From: Nitrosopumilaceae archaeon
Lineage (GTDB): Archaea; Thermoproteota; Nitrososphaeria; Nitrososphaerales; Nitrosopumilaceae
Assembly: GCA_965207375.1 (NCBI GenBank)
Contig: OZ242274.1
Location: 1,920,001-1,984,000, forward strand
Reading direction: 5' to 3'
DNA length: 64,000 bases
Shown: positions 48,170 through 57,396 of the stretch, piece by piece
Layout of the letters: each line of letters opens with the position of its first letter
How positions within the stretch are numbered: the stretch's first letter is position 1
Position numbers and translations under genes: made by a program
The notes under the pieces: generated by a model
What the model was told of the DNA's origin: nothing
Databases searched by the model: none
Seen by the model: the letters and a program-made list of their open reading frames with translations, nothing else

Positions 48170-49327
48170 TTAAAAATAATCGGATAGTGTTTTTTGTTTT
48201 AGGAGCCTAGATATGCTGCCGTGTGCAAGCCATTTCTGTTTACTAGTGTTTAGCTTGGCACATGCAAATCGAAGAGCATGATCAAAGCTGTCTAAAATTT
48301 GAGGGGTTTGTTTCATTGCAAGTCTAATTCCCTCTCTGACCTGCCATACACCTACCGGAATTGCATATTCGGGTTGAATTTCTCGTAAAATCAAGACACC
48401 TGCCTGCATTTTTTGTTTGACCAGATATTCTACAACCCCAAGCTTTGCGGCAAAAAATGCACCAGCAGTAACCGGAGGATGATCAATGCCTCTAGCATCC
48501 TCATAATCAGAGCCAAATCCAAGCGTACCATTAGAATACCAGGCCTCAATCAGCTCATATATCCACAGGCGTGGTAACAAAATCACAGAAAACAAATTAC
48601 CCAAATGAGAAAATTGGAATACTCTGTAATGATCAATTACAGAGAAATTCAAAACTTCTTTCATCAAAGAATCTGAGATTATACCATCAGTTGCAGTAAT
48701 ACTCCATCTGGTGGGAACAAGTTTTCTTTTTTTACCCATCATTCCAATACTAAAGCATTTTTGTATTTTTGAAATCTCAATTCCAGAATTATATAGTTTC
48801 AAAACTGCGTCTTTTGCTTTTAGATCCGTATCATAGTATACCTTTTCGATGTAATGTTCAGATGTTGTTCCCGAATAATTGGCAGATTTTATTTCTCCAA
48901 TTGGTCCAAATGGTGCACTTTGGCCATCAAGGGATACTGCAGGTGAGGTTGCTTTGGTAAATTGTAATTCAGAATCAATGGGTTTAGACGCCATTGCCAC
49001 TTCTTGCAAATCTTCAATATATCTTCCATGGGGATTATCTACGGATATTTTTTGTGTTCCTCTGACCAAGTTTAATCTGTAATTTACTATTTCCTCAAGG
49101 CTTTTACCAATCCATTTTTCTGGTGTGTCAAGTAATGCGGTATCACCATGTATGGGTGGAACCATCGGTCCTGCTAATACCTTGGGATAGCTATACGATC
49201 CAACAAAAACAGATGGAGGGCTAGTACCGTTTATGTTATCTGAAGAAAAAAGATTTCCATATTTGGATAAATTATCACGCCATTTTGTCTCAATTGCAAT
49301 TCTAATGTCACGGGCATTTTGAGGCAT
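48170..49327 (-). CDS. nreA: Nre-family DNA repair protein
   Basis: GTSPPSVFVG...YPKV, LVPTRWSITATD, PVGVWQVRE; C-terminal PIP box QKTLSDYF. Confidence 0.92.
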   Translation of the reverse strand: MPQNARDIRIAIETKWRDNLSKYGNLFSSDNINGTSPPSVFVGSYSYPKVLAGPMVPPIHGDTALLDTPEKWIGKSLEEIVNYRLNLVRGTQKISVDNPHGRYIEDLQEVAMASKPIDSELQFTKATSPAVSLDGQSAPFGPIGEIKSANYSGTTSEHYIEKVYYDTDLKAKDAVLKLYNSGIEISKIQKCFSIGMMGKKRKLVPTRWSITATDGIISDSLMKEVLNFSVIDHYRVFQFSHLGNLFSVILLPRLWIYELIEAWYSNGTLGFGSDYEDARGIDHPPVTAGAFFAAKLGVVEYLVKQKMQAGVLILREIQPEYAIPVGVWQVREGIRLAMKQTPQILDSFDHALRFACAKLNTSKQKWLAHGSISRLLKQKTLSDYF

Positions 49328-49815
49328 GATTAAGGATAATTTCTGATGCTATTAACTTGCAGGGTTTACGATTCTTCAGCATCATCACTCATATGAAAAA
49401 TCCCTCGGCTACGTGCCAGATCCTATACAGTGAGCATTTGCAGATCAGGTCATCTTTACGAGATACATATTCAGGTCGCCTCTGATTTTATGCTTAGTTT
49501 TTGAACATACAGGAAAATTTTGTGCTTGAAAAATTTACGATCAGAGTTTGTCCAATTGCAAGTGTCAACGTCGCGCCTGAATTAATTCTATTTTTTGAAA
49601 TTTCATGTCTAAATTATCATAAATTCAAAACATTAACAGATACAATAAATTCAAGGTATTAATTAAACAATCTTACATTATTTTTATTGAATCATTTAAT
49701 TATCTATATCGTTTCATGATATCTGTGAAAGCATTATCTCTAGTTTTCATGGTATCTGCCGCGTGTAGATGCTACATTAGGAACCCCCCCCCGTACATTA
49801 CACTGTATAGTTTTC

Positions 49816-51831
49816 ATGGCAGCTGCCACAGGATTGTTATTATTTACACCGACTTTAGCAGATGCCCATTCTCCAACTGATGATGAATTTTTATGCAAAA
49901 GTGACAAATTGATGGCGCAGTTTGGAGCGGAACTGACCCATCCCCTTAATCCAGATGGTACAATAGACTACACTGCCTTCATTTTGTCAGGAGGACATCA
50001 AGGTCAACTTGGTGTTTACACCGACGCTGATGGTATAACCTACACATGCATTAATTATTTTGACAGTGCATTACAGTTTTACAGGGAATTACGAGTACAA
50101 TATAACGGACGTACAGACACATACATTACACCACCTGGCCAAAATTACCATGACGGAATAGAACGAATTGACATTTTCCATCATAATGGCTCTCTAAAAC
50201 AATCTATACTATATGAGGCAAAAACCATTCTAGGTGTTGAAGATGAAGACGATCCAAATAGTAACCCAAATCAAGGCGTGTTTATGAAACTAGAACATCA
50301 TGAAGATGGCACACTCAAAGAAATAATCAATCTTGAGGACGGTGAATCTCCAAGTGAAATAAAATTCAAAGAGGGCGGAAATATTGCAACAGAAGTTATC
50401 AAACGTGACTTGAAGGCAGAAAACACCACAAGGACAGATGAAAACGGTAATTTCCTATTACCTCAAAATAAAACCACATGGCATGATAACGGAATCCAAA
50501 AGAGTTATTATGAAATATTTCCAGACGGTAAAGACTTGAGTATCGAGTGGAATGAACGTGGAACTATGACCAAATATGTCAAAACATATTCCAATGATGT
50601 GGTGTATGTTTTACTAGAAACATCTCATGCGAATTTCATAAGCGCTCAAAATATTGCAGATATTTCAAAACCTGCCCTTGTGGCTGTTGTACGTGATGAC
50701 CTTAGAAGGTATTACTCAATTATTGATGTGGATACCCAGAGAGCAGCTATACACGGGAATATTAGGAATTTTGTAGAAGGTCACCTTCATGATTTGAATC
50801 ATGTACATCTTACCCATAATATAAACACGGTAACCGCTGCAATTGCAAATGGCATTTATAATGCGATTGTTATTACAGAAGCAGACAATAATCGTGGCAA
50901 AAACTATGTTGCTAGTCTTGCAGATGGTTTTGTAAGTACAGGAATTGCAAATATTGATGATAATGCCAGACTTAATCAACTCTTGACTCTGCATGACCAT
51001 ACAAACATTGACGGATTGGGTCACGTCACTTACCTCATATACGGCATAAATATGCAGACCCAATTATACCATGACGGCTCTACAGGTACTGAACTATGTT
51101 ATTCTGAAAATAGAGCAGCTATAACATGCACTGATGATTCTAGGGCAGAATATTTTGAATTTCTAGAGCGTATGATTCCAAGAACAGGCGGCAGCACTCA
51201 TGACACGGCATCTGCAAAATATGACCGTAACTTGAGTAACGAGATAACACCAGAGTTGTTAATTGCTGTACCAGGTTATGTAGATACATCTTTACTCAAT
51301 GAAGTAAGATATACAAAATCGCTATTGGAACACGGTAAATCAATAGCAAATGGCCCTAATGATCATGAGACTTGGAACAAGGTACTAGCAGCATTTGGAC
51401 ATTTGGATCAAGGCAAAATGACAGCAGCTGAAGCCCAAGTCAATGCTGATACATACGGAGGCCCATTATGGTCAAGAATTGCAGCAGCAATTAGCGAGTT
51501 AGAATCAGATACACCTGCAGGCATTAACGCAGAATCAATAGAACAGCAACCTATACCGGATTCAATACCTGATTCTATACAAGATACACAAGTTAAGCCT
51601 GAACCAGCAATAGACCCAGAACTAATTGAGGATGTAAAGTACCTTGCATCTATGACACATCACGGTGAGCAGCACGTTGAGCGATGGAACAGGGTTTTGG
51701 CAGCATTTGGGATTTTACAACATGATAACCCAATTACAGCTGCCGAGGCTGAAGCAAATTCAAAGAAATATTCTAGTCCACTCTGGCCTAAAATTGCAGA
51801 GGTTTTGAAAGTAATAGAGAATGCCAGCTAA
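49816..51831 (+). CDS. large secreted protein with MORN-like repeats and a duplicated C-terminal helical module
   Basis: Signal-like start; HHNGSLKQ/HEDGTLKE/HDNGIQKS/WNERG repeats; two WN(K/R)VLAAFG...TAAEA...PLW units. Confidence 0.8.
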   Translation: MAAATGLLLFTPTLADAHSPTDDEFLCKSDKLMAQFGAELTHPLNPDGTIDYTAFILSGGHQGQLGVYTDADGITYTCINYFDSALQFYRELRVQYNGRTDTYITPPGQNYHDGIERIDIFHHNGSLKQSILYEAKTILGVEDEDDPNSNPNQGVFMKLEHHEDGTLKEIINLEDGESPSEIKFKEGGNIATEVIKRDLKAENTTRTDENGNFLLPQNKTTWHDNGIQKSYYEIFPDGKDLSIEWNERGTMTKYVKTYSNDVVYVLLETSHANFISAQNIADISKPALVAVVRDDLRRYYSIIDVDTQRAAIHGNIRNFVEGHLHDLNHVHLTHNINTVTAAIANGIYNAIVITEADNNRGKNYVASLADGFVSTGIANIDDNARLNQLLTLHDHTNIDGLGHVTYLIYGINMQTQLYHDGSTGTELCYSENRAAITCTDDSRAEYFEFLERMIPRTGGSTHDTASAKYDRNLSNEITPELLIAVPGYVDTSLLNEVRYTKSLLEHGKSIANGPNDHETWNKVLAAFGHLDQGKMTAAEAQVNADTYGGPLWSRIAAAISELESDTPAGINAESIEQQPIPDSIPDSIQDTQVKPEPAIDPELIEDVKYLASMTHHGEQHVERWNRVLAAFGILQHDNPITAAEAEANSKKYSSPLWPKIAEVLKVIENAS

Positions 51832-52395
51832 CAAGCAATCAATGAATTTTTAAAAATCAAGGTTTACGTAAAACATACTGTATCGTCAAACTCTAGACAT
51901 GGCATTAACAATTACAAAAAGAATAACATTTCAGAATACATCTGATCAAAAATCATTCAAAAACACGTTTGCATCATATATTAAAAACAGGGATCTTAGT
52001 GTACACATCATATGGAATTAAAGACTGCATTCCTTGATTTTGAGGATATGCCACCTGAGATACAAGAGTGGTAAAGACCGAACTTGACAACGAATCTGCA
52101 ACAGGATTAGAACAAATACTTGACATAATTTACATGCAAATATACACAATTGCAACAGTGTGTCACCTCTAGCATTTATCGACTAGATGGTTTGTTTCCC
52201 AATCTCGATTTTGTGTGTGAATATTTGTTACTAAAATCTTAACGGCTAGGCAGCACGACAGGTTTTTACTCTTTTATGATGTTTATGTCCAAAACATCAT
52301 TAATTTCAAATCAGCATAGTTGTCTAATTTGTGCCACTAGACTATTTTGAGAAAATATCAGATAGAACTATGCACGGCATATACTATAATTATAA

Positions 52396-53334
52396 TTGAA
52401 AACAATACAAAAACAATTGCAAAGAATTGTATCTTTTCTACCAAGTGCTACGGAATTAATTTACGCACTAAAAGTGCAAGATATGCTACTAGGAGTAACA
52501 CACCAATGTCAGTATCCAAAAGATGCAAAATTCAAACCTAAAATCATCGATACCGTAATAGACTCGAAAAATTTGAACAGTCATCAAATTGACGAAATCA
52601 CATGCAAGATGTTCAAAGACGGAAAAGACATCTTTGTTTTAAATAAAAAAAATATCAAAAAAGCAAATCCAAATCTGATAATATCACAAAACACATGCAG
52701 TGTCTGTGCAGCTCATACTAGTCAGGTTCAACAGGCAATAAAAATACTAGATGTAAAACCAGAGATTTATTCAATGGATCCTCACAATGTAAAAGAAATA
52801 CTTGAAGGAATAATTGAGATCTCAGAAATATTAAAAATAAAAGAAAGAGGTACTGTACTCAAAAAAGAATTAGAGTGTAGAATCAAAAATGTTAAAAAAG
52901 TAAAAATTCAAAACAGGCCAAAAATTGTCGCAATAGAATGGATTGAACCACTTTTTACTGCAGGGCATTGGATTCCTGAAATGATCGAGATTGCAGGAGG
53001 TACAAATCTCATAAGCAGTGCAAAAGAACATTCACAAATGATTAGCATACAAGATATACTACAGGCAAATCCAGAAATCATTGTTTTGATGCCTTGTGGG
53101 TTTGATGTGAAAAAAACAAAATCAGAGTATGAAAGATTCCTAAAAAACGATATACGATGGAATAGACTTGAAGCAGTAAAAAACGGCAAAGTGTTTGCAA
53201 CAGATGCCAATTCATTTTTTAGCAAACCAAGCATTAGAACCATACAAGGAATAGAGATTCTAGCAAAAATCATACACCCAAAAGAATTTGCAGTAACATC
53301 TGTGCCAAAAAATTCCTATACTAAACTAGGCTAG
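52396..53334 (+). CDS. BtuF/TroA-like cobalamin/Fe-complex binding protein
   Basis: RIVSFLPSATE, GVTHQC, EWIEPLFTAGHWIPEMIEIAGG, FSKPSIR. Confidence 0.85.
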   Translation: MKTIQKQLQRIVSFLPSATELIYALKVQDMLLGVTHQCQYPKDAKFKPKIIDTVIDSKNLNSHQIDEITCKMFKDGKDIFVLNKKNIKKANPNLIISQNTCSVCAAHTSQVQQAIKILDVKPEIYSMDPHNVKEILEGIIEISEILKIKERGTVLKKELECRIKNVKKVKIQNRPKIVAIEWIEPLFTAGHWIPEMIEIAGGTNLISSAKEHSQMISIQDILQANPEIIVLMPCGFDVKKTKSEYERFLKNDIRWNRLEAVKNGKVFATDANSFFSKPSIRTIQGIEILAKIIHPKEFAVTSVPKNSYTKLG

Positions 53335-53505
53335 GTCTATCGCTCTTGAGTTTCGTCAAGATCATCGACTTCGTAAGTTTTACGATTTGGCCTAGTAGGG
53401 ATGTAAATAACTGTCAATATTTACAGTGCTTGTAAATCACACATATGGAACTTGGTTGGAAAAAGTTTGCCTTTTTGGTAATTATATTATAGTTGCAGAT
53501 AAAAG

Positions 53506-53979
53506 CTAAAATTTACACTCAGTTTTTAGCGATTTTATCGTAGTCCAGTAGGTAAAACAAAGAATTCCGATTGCAGTTATTCTAATCGGCATTTCATAAT
53601 TGGTCAAAAAGGCAGAGGTGGTAGCACCTACGGCTCCAAATGTGGAGATCACTGCAAATCCGATTGGTCCACAACTGCATGCACCTGCGGCTGCACCAAT
53701 AATAGAGCCGAAAATACCTCCGCCTATTTTTCTAGACGAGCTATGAAGCATTTTGATTCTGTACAAGTTTAGAGACATTACCAATCCAGACAAGGCAGAC
53801 AGAATTACAATCAAGGAGAATCCAAACTCTGTATTTGTTGGCAGATGTGCTACCACATAAGGCTCCAAGAAGACATACTCTGAAATAATCAAAAGAGGAA
53901 TCAAAAGTCCAACAAAAATCACTGTTGCTAAAATTACAAACAGTGGATTTGAAAATACTAGTTTTAAAACAGATTCCAT
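53506..53979 (-). CDS. four-TM membrane protein with CSC motif
   Basis: Hydrophobic helices and GACSCGP; adjacent to the DsbA gene. Confidence 0.75.
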   Translation of the reverse strand: MESVLKLVFSNPLFVILATVIFVGLLIPLLIISEYVFLEPYVVAHLPTNTEFGFSLIVILSALSGLVMSLNLYRIKMLHSSSRKIGGGIFGSIIGAAAGACSCGPIGFAVISTFGAVGATTSAFLTNYEMPIRITAIGILCFTYWTTIKSLKTECKF

Positions 53980-54642
53980 TTAGATCATCGAATCTAATAC
54001 CTGTTGAAATACAGAATACGGTTGTGCTCCAATTATTTTTTGTTGACTCTCAGATCCTACTATGACAAACGTAGGCGTTGCATTTGCACCTTCCTTTGTG
54101 GCCTCTACCATATTGAATTGTACACGTTTTGAGTATTTTCCAGAATCAAGGCAGCTGTTAAACAGTTCCATATCTAGTCCAAGAGAAAACGCAAAAGCTT
54201 TGAGTCGTTCAGTATTTGCCCAACCACCATCAATTTGTGATTCTTGATTGTTGTAAAGGATCTCATGGTATTGCCAATACATTCCTTGATCTTCTGCACA
54301 ATACGTTGCCTGTGCAGCTTTTGGAGAATCTCGTCCTAAAAATGCAAGGTCGACAAAAATGAGATTTGCTTTTCCAGATTCAATGTAATTGTCTTTGATT
54401 AGGGGTTTGGTATTATGAAACCAATTATAACATTGATGACATTGATAATCACCAAATTCAACTATTGTAACAGGGGCATCAAGGTTGCCCAAGATTGGCG
54501 AGCCCATAGCAGTGGATATAGTTCCGTGTTGTCTTTGCATGTCAAGATTGATACTTTCAGGGTCAGACATCAAGGCAGAGACAGCTATTCCTGTCACGAT
54601 TGCAATGACAATACTGCCTACAATTACTCCTTTCTTGCTCAT
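53980..54642 (-). CDS. DsbA-family thioredoxin-fold oxidoreductase
   Basis: N-terminal TM, APVTIVEFGDYQCHQC, ATPTF, GAQPYSVF. Confidence 0.92.
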   Translation of the reverse strand: MSKKGVIVGSIVIAIVTGIAVSALMSDPESINLDMQRQHGTISTAMGSPILGNLDAPVTIVEFGDYQCHQCYNWFHNTKPLIKDNYIESGKANLIFVDLAFLGRDSPKAAQATYCAEDQGMYWQYHEILYNNQESQIDGGWANTERLKAFAFSLGLDMELFNSCLDSGKYSKRVQFNMVEATKEGANATPTFVIVGSESQQKIIGAQPYSVFQQVLDSMI

Positions 54643-54685
54643 GTATGGTAGATTTCAAATGGCTTTAAAAAATTTATTCCAAATA

Positions 54686-54786
54686 CAGCTAAGCGAAATG
54701 CGGGTAAAATAGGCCAAAATCTACTCCAAAATGCAAACAGAACAATAGGGACTGGGTAAGAGTTTGGATCACATTTTGCTTAACTG
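54686..54786 (+). mobile_element. 101-bp MITE, copy 2
   Basis: CAGCTAAGCGAAATGCGG...TCACATTTTGCTTAACTG. Confidence 0.88.
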
Positions 54787-54998
54787 ACTAGTTCATTTAG
54801 AATAGATAATCTACAAGTCTGTTTTGCTGATGTGCCTGTTCCATCATTTGAAAGATAATGGAACATTACATCATGTATGTTTTAGATATGGAGACAGAAA
54901 TTAGATCAGCAGGTACAAATTTCTTGGTAAGCAAATGGTGGTATGTAACTAGGTTAAAGCTTCAAAAAGCCAAACAATTACAAATATTAGGTAAAATG

Positions 54999-55072
54999 TG
55001 GACCCGACGGGATTTGAACCCGTGACCTATTGATTTTCAAACAATCGCTCTACCAAGCTGAACCACAGGCCC
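54999..55072 (-). tRNA. atypical tRNA-like gene, anticodon GAA (functional status uncertain)
   Basis: GGGCCTG/CGGGTCC-A acceptor; D arm GTTC-AGCTTGGTA-GAGC; anticodon arm ATTGT-TTGAAAA-TCAAT; perfect T arm ACGGG-TTCAAAT-CCCGT. Confidence 0.75.
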
Positions 55073-55152
55073 ACAAAGATTTTATACTTTATACACGTAA
55101 TAATGTTGATTTTCAAACAATAAAGGCTGAATGCTGAACTAGCCTGTTTTTT

Positions 55153-55434
55153 TTAATTTCCGTCTATGATTCTAAGCTCATTCCATTTTAGATCAATAGC
55201 AGCATTACCTCTATAATCCCATAAATCCTCACCGTTGATAATTAGGGTAATTTCACCTGTCTCTCCTGGCTTTAATTTCTCAAAGTTTATTGTGTGATTC
55301 ATAGGTAGGTCATAGATTAATTCTAAATCCTGTATTATATTTCTGTCATCCTCGTTCCTTGCCTCAATGATAACCTCTAATGTCTCCTTGTCATGAATGT
55401 CTAGCCTAAGTTCATCTAACGGTTTACCACCTAG
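55153..55434 (-). pseudogene. start-less 93-codon open frame (beta-sandwich-like fragment)
   Basis: LGGKPLDELRLD...LKPGETGEITLII...IDGN*, preceded by an in-frame TAA. Confidence 0.5.
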
Positions 55435-55630
55435 TTAGGGGGTCAAGACCTTTGATTTGGCATAGTTTTACTTTCATCTGATTATTCTATGTGTCTGGAT
55501 TGATTTTAGTGCCTTATTCGTTTTGTCTTCTGTACTGCCTGCACTGGTTTATTTTGGCTTTGCAAAGATGGTCTTGTGTTGTTTTACCTTTGTGCGTTTT
55601 TGTATGACATTGCATCTACCTTGACATAAT

Positions 55631-55676
55631 CAGTAGGTAGAAATTCACCCACTATCGTGCATTTGCATCGTACGGC
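55631..55676 (-). mobile_element. remnant of an ISH3 right end
   Basis: CAGTAGGTAGAAATTCACCCACTAT resembles the reverse complement of 22483-22507 (CAGTAGATGGAAATTCACCCACTAT). Confidence 0.75.
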
Positions 55677-55680
55677 ATTT

Positions 55681-55781
55681 CATCTAAACGAAATGTGGGT
55701 AAAATAGGCCAAAATATATTCTAAAATGCAAAGAGAATAATAGTGGAGGGATAAGAATTTGGGCCACATTTTGCTTAGCTG
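55681..55781 (+). mobile_element. 101-bp MITE, copy 3
   Basis: CATCTAAACGAAATGTGG...CCACATTTTGCTTAGCTG. Confidence 0.88.
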
Positions 55782-55989
55782 AAATATGGGCAAGTCAAAC
55801 ACTCCAAATTTTAGATCATAGGAAGGTTTGGATAGATACAAAAAGTAACTATACCTTATAACTCTAACAGTGTGCTAGCACGTAAAAGATGTCATGGTCG
55901 TTTTGTCTTGTATTGCTTGAATTTTGATTGACATAAAGATTCAAGATTTAGATGTCAAGACTTGGCAATCTGGTGTAAAAAAACCAAGG

Positions 55990-56169
55990 TTATTTTCTAC
56001 GAAACAGCCTAGTTAATTTTTCGACTGCGGCATCTAACGGACAGGATTCGCATGAGGTTCCCATATGTTGATCTAGATGTTTTTCATATTTTTTCTTTGA
56101 ATCAAAGACGGCATTGCATTTTTCACAGTATACTTTTGAGATGTCTTGGCCATCAGATGAATCTGCCAT
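55990..56169 (-). CDS. small C2H2 zinc-finger protein
   Basis: YCEKCNAVFDSKKKYEKHLDQH plus CESCP; start at MADSSDG. Confidence 0.8.
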   Translation of the reverse strand: MADSSDGQDISKVYCEKCNAVFDSKKKYEKHLDQHMGTSCESCPLDAAVEKLTRLFRRK

Positions 56170-56331
56170 GACATATAATTGCAGATTGTGCTTATAAAGA
56201 AACCTTTCCAAAATTCGAATATGTCCTGCATAAAACAGCAGATAAACAGATCTTGGAGGTTTTACAAAATAATGAAAACATACAGTGTGATTTGACAAAT
56301 TTCTTGCAAGGTAGAGGTCACAGTTAGGACA

Positions 56332-56700
56332 TTATATGTAGTGTATTTTTACGTGGTTTTGGTATTCAATCTCATACTGGGTAACATATCCGCAATGGGT
56401 GCAGGTGAACATTTCCTCTACATTTTTGGTTTCTCGTTCTATTTGTTTGCCGGTAATAGATTTTACAACTATGATGTTGCCTTGTGTGATTACAGCAAAG
56501 TTTCGAATTTCACCGATGGATTCTAAATATTCTTTGATGGCAGTTACGACCTCGGCAGGAGAGATAATCTCAGATTCTTCAATTGGTGCTAGAACAAATT
56601 CATGTAGTTTCAATGCAGGTAGAGCCCCCACATTATCTGCCACATATACTAGTAATTCGTGTTTGATGGATTCTATATCCCTACAGTCCACAGTAATCAT
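56332..56700 (-). CDS. protein with C-terminal C2H2 finger
   Basis: FTCTHCGY...HVKIHY. Confidence 0.8.
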   Translation of the reverse strand: MITVDCRDIESIKHELLVYVADNVGALPALKLHEFVLAPIEESEIISPAEVVTAIKEYLESIGEIRNFAVITQGNIIVVKSITGKQIERETKNVEEMFTCTHCGYVTQYEIEYQNHVKIHYI

Positions 56701-56958
56701 AAAAAGAATTTATTAAAATCGATATTTTAGTCAAGCTATATAGGCAGTTAACCAACTAGTAGATCATCAGTACAATATTAGTCAAAAAAATGCAAATCAG
56801 AACGGATCAACAAGGTCTAGATTGTAGATAGCACAATCCTACCTAAAATTCTTCAAAATAGTGCAAAATGACCCAGATTAGACTAATTCATCAGAATTGT
56901 TTACATAACGTAAATTCTATTCCTTTTTGAAATTACTATACATGTAAAGTACAATACA

Positions 56959-57390
56959 GTGCCTCAACATACTTTAGTTACTCTATCAACACTCAAAATT
57001 GAGTTGAGGGATTCAGAAACCTTTGGAGTAGAAAAAGGTCACGGAGACAAAGTAATCAATTGGCTAAATGATACTGCTAAAAAAGAAGAGTTGAAGTTTG
57101 AGGCAAGAAAATACGGATACAATATAAACACAGAGAACTTTGGGGCATTTGAGATGTTTTCATGGATAGGTGACGTACATCATGCAAGAAAGCTCATTTT
57201 AAAGGCAGGTAAAAGATTCAAAATTAAAACCATAGAAGGCGGATACAAAACTAAAGAACGCACCTTTGCTATGAATAAAACAGATTACGCAATGGTAAGA
57301 CGCGGCAGTAAAATAATCGGACATTTACAATTTGAGGCACCCAGATTCGGTAACGGACAATGGCTAGTCAAACAGGAAGAAAGAAGGTAG
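56959..57390 (+). CDS. hypothetical protein
   Basis: Clean ORF operonic with the downstream dehydrogenase. Confidence 0.7.
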   Translation: MPQHTLVTLSTLKIELRDSETFGVEKGHGDKVINWLNDTAKKEELKFEARKYGYNINTENFGAFEMFSWIGDVHHARKLILKAGKRFKIKTIEGGYKTKERTFAMNKTDYAMVRRGSKIIGHLQFEAPRFGNGQWLVKQEERR

Positions 57391-57396
57391 GGACTC

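Noticed and set aside
49330-49480. Possible C/D-box sRNA (GTGATGA and CTGA on the minus strand)
   Set aside because: Box spacing does not fit the archaeal C-D'-C'-D layout; cannot be supported by eye.
49556-49573. TTGCAAGTGTCAA(C/T)GTC shared with about 17011-17027 in IS630-A
   Set aside because: Too short, with no TIR or further alignment.
55087-55116. Sigma70-like TTGAAA-N17-TATAAA upstream of the odd tRNA
   Set aside because: Easily arises by chance in AT-rich DNA and overlaps the duplicated arm; not evidence of bacterial origin.
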